DNA of 64,000 nucleotides from a virus: IMG/VR virus record IMGVR_UViG_3300020204_000007, positions 96,001 to 160,000 of that record; one strand, 5' to 3'. Shown piece by piece: positions 62,586 to 64,000 of this stretch (position 1 is its first letter; each line of letters starts with the position of its first letter). The notes under the pieces were generated by a model. It saw only the letters and a program-made list of their open reading frames with translations, ran no database searches and was not told where the DNA came from. The position numbers and the translations under genes were made by a program.

Positions 62586-64000
62586 TTAACCTATTAGTTT
62601 GCCTGAAAAATACCCTAAATTTTCTCCGTAATAATAATCAACACCTGCGGCACACGCATGTATTCCGCATTGCACATACTGACCCGCAGTTAGCGATAAC
62701 ATCATATGTGCAAGCACCCAATCATGATCATTACTTTGGGTTACCCAACTATAGGCACAACCACGAGGTGAAATATTCGATCCATTTAAATAAAAAGTAG
62801 GCTCAAGTTGACCAGCTGCAGAAGAATATCGATGAGTTATACCAAAATGAAATTCGTATATCCCGGATACAGGAGCGGTAAAACGACCAGTTGATGTGTC
62901 ATAGCAGCCATTTACATTTAATCTAGTGTTTCCAAATTTAGGGGCAATAGTACCAAATGCACCGGTTAGTGTGCTAGCTATCCCCCCTGTTTGCCACGCA
63001 TAAAATGCGGGAATATTTGGTGTTAATAGATATCCCGCATTCGTTAGGGAACCAATTCCTGTACCAGCTGAATTTCGGAAAGCGATACCATTTGTATCTT
63101 TAGCCTGAACTGTACTAAAACTTACGTTTGTTGACTCAATCTGCAACGGCAAACTCGCACCAACCGCAGGTCCATTCAAGCTAAACTGCACAACCGCAGA
63201 CGTAAATCCCGCAATCGAAGGTAAAGTAATCTGAACAAGACCAGCCGCTGTGGCGTCAACGTCAAACCCAAGTGGCGGAGTATCGCCCGTAGTTTGGTTA
63301 CTGACAAGATAGTTTGTTCCAGCACCATTCTTAGTAACCTGAACTTTGATACCAAAACGCAGCGGGGTAGTTGCGTTAATATAAACCCAACCAGTCAACT
63401 CTACATTATCATATGCCGAAGCATTCTGAATAGTCGTAACTGCGTTATTGGTAAGACCAATCTGCGTATATGCATTTGTTCCACCAATTGTAGAACCGGT
63501 CATATTGAAGAAATCAAGCGCAGTCGTAGTACGGGCAATACCAACGGGCTTGGAAATTTGACCCACAACGGAAGGTGGAGTGGTTGAAATTTTACCAGCT
63601 TCGGATGCGGAGAGGAAATACACTTCTCCGGGCGTGAGAAACCCGCCGCCAACAATAAGGTTAGCTCCAACCGACGATACTTCGCCGCCGAGACAAACCT
63701 CGAACTTATTTGAATCGATTACCCTGCTAATAAGCGCAGAAACTTCGGCAGTAGCCTCAATATCGGCTTTTGCAAATGCATATGCGGAACCGTTAAGATA
63801 CAACGGACGACCAACATCAGCCGAAGTAAATCCGTGGGATGCTTGCGTAATCGATAAAACTGAACCGCCCGAACCAACGGCTTGTTCGGTGCCCGATGAG
63901 TTTAAGGTGTAAAGTTTACTGTCTGCTTTAGCATAAACCTGAATCCCGTCTGCCGGAGCAATTGCAGGCGTTGCGTTAGTTTTTAATACAATTCCGTCAC
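62586..64000 (-). CDS. tail fibre protein with C-terminal C1q-like domain, 5'-truncated by window edge
   Basis: Frame stays open to 64000; YDTSTGRFTAPVSGIYEF...L.AGQYV...FSGKLIG. Confidence 0.8.
   Translation of the reverse strand, partial: DGIVLKTNATPAIAPADGIQVYAKADSKLYTLNSSGTEQAVGSGGSVLSITQASHGFTSADVGRPLYLNGSAYAFAKADIEATAEVSALISRVIDSNKFEVCLGGEVSSVGANLIVGGGFLTPGEVYFLSASEAGKISTTPPSVVGQISKPVGIARTTTALDFFNMTGSTIGGTNAYTQIGLTNNAVTTIQNASAYDNVELTGWVYINATTPLRFGIKVQVTKNGAGTNYLVSNQTTGDTPPLGFDVDATAAGLVQITLPSIAGFTSAVVQFSLNGPAVGASLPLQIESTNVSFSTVQAKDTNGIAFRNSAGTGIGSLTNAGYLLTPNIPAFYAWQTGGIASTLTGAFGTIAPKFGNTRLNVNGCYDTSTGRFTAPVSGIYEFHFGITHRYSSAAGQLEPTFYLNGSNISPRGCAYSWVTQSNDHDWVLAHMMLSLTAGQYVQCGIHACAAGVDYYYGENLGYFSGKLIG

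Noticed and set aside
61558-63100. Diversity-generating retroelement or invertase shufflon at fibre tips
   Set aside because: No reverse transcriptase or recombinase seen, no near-identical template/variable repeat, and all copies share one orientation.
1-64000. Stop-codon reassignment
   Set aside because: Conserved genes are full length in the standard code; TAG and TGA both end genes; the only tRNA is not a suppressor.

Overview
Segment of a large, AT-rich lytic dsDNA phage genome (probably a myovirus-type large or jumbo phage; host not identifiable from the window). Layout: 1-5.75 kb is a PLP enzyme plus small genes. 5.76-6.12 kb is a non-coding ACACTGT repeat tract, a candidate genome end or origin. 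6.1-10.7 kb is an island of self-contained, mostly single-gene expression cassettes with GC-rich genes. 11-31 kb is dozens of small early-type genes. 31-43 kb holds a helicase, putative head-internal proteins, a nucleotide-metabolism operon, MoxR/vWA, a lytic transglycosylase and tRNA-Ile(UAU). 43.5-64 kb is a minus-strand tail module (spike, hub, tape measure, three tube paralogues, fibres with C1q tips). The main unexplained signal is regulatory. 24 copies of a sigma-28 (FliA)-type promoter (TAAA-N15-(T/G)CCGATA; six have a 2-bp longer spacer, one a 1-bp longer spacer) precede the early-type genes. The cassette island additionally carries 11 consensus sigma-54 (-24/-12) boxes, 8 of them as head-to-head pairs, interleaved with 12 copies of a palindrome ACAGA-RY-TCTGT. 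This points to a phage built around the host's flagellar sigma factors, with a possible RpoN decoy or anchor array. Other highlights are a TAA1/alliinase-like PLP enzyme, a thymidylate-synthase homologue with the dCMP-type Asp, a candidate structured ncRNA, and LxK(S/A)-delimited modular proteins. All calls are from reading motifs by eye; no searches were run.
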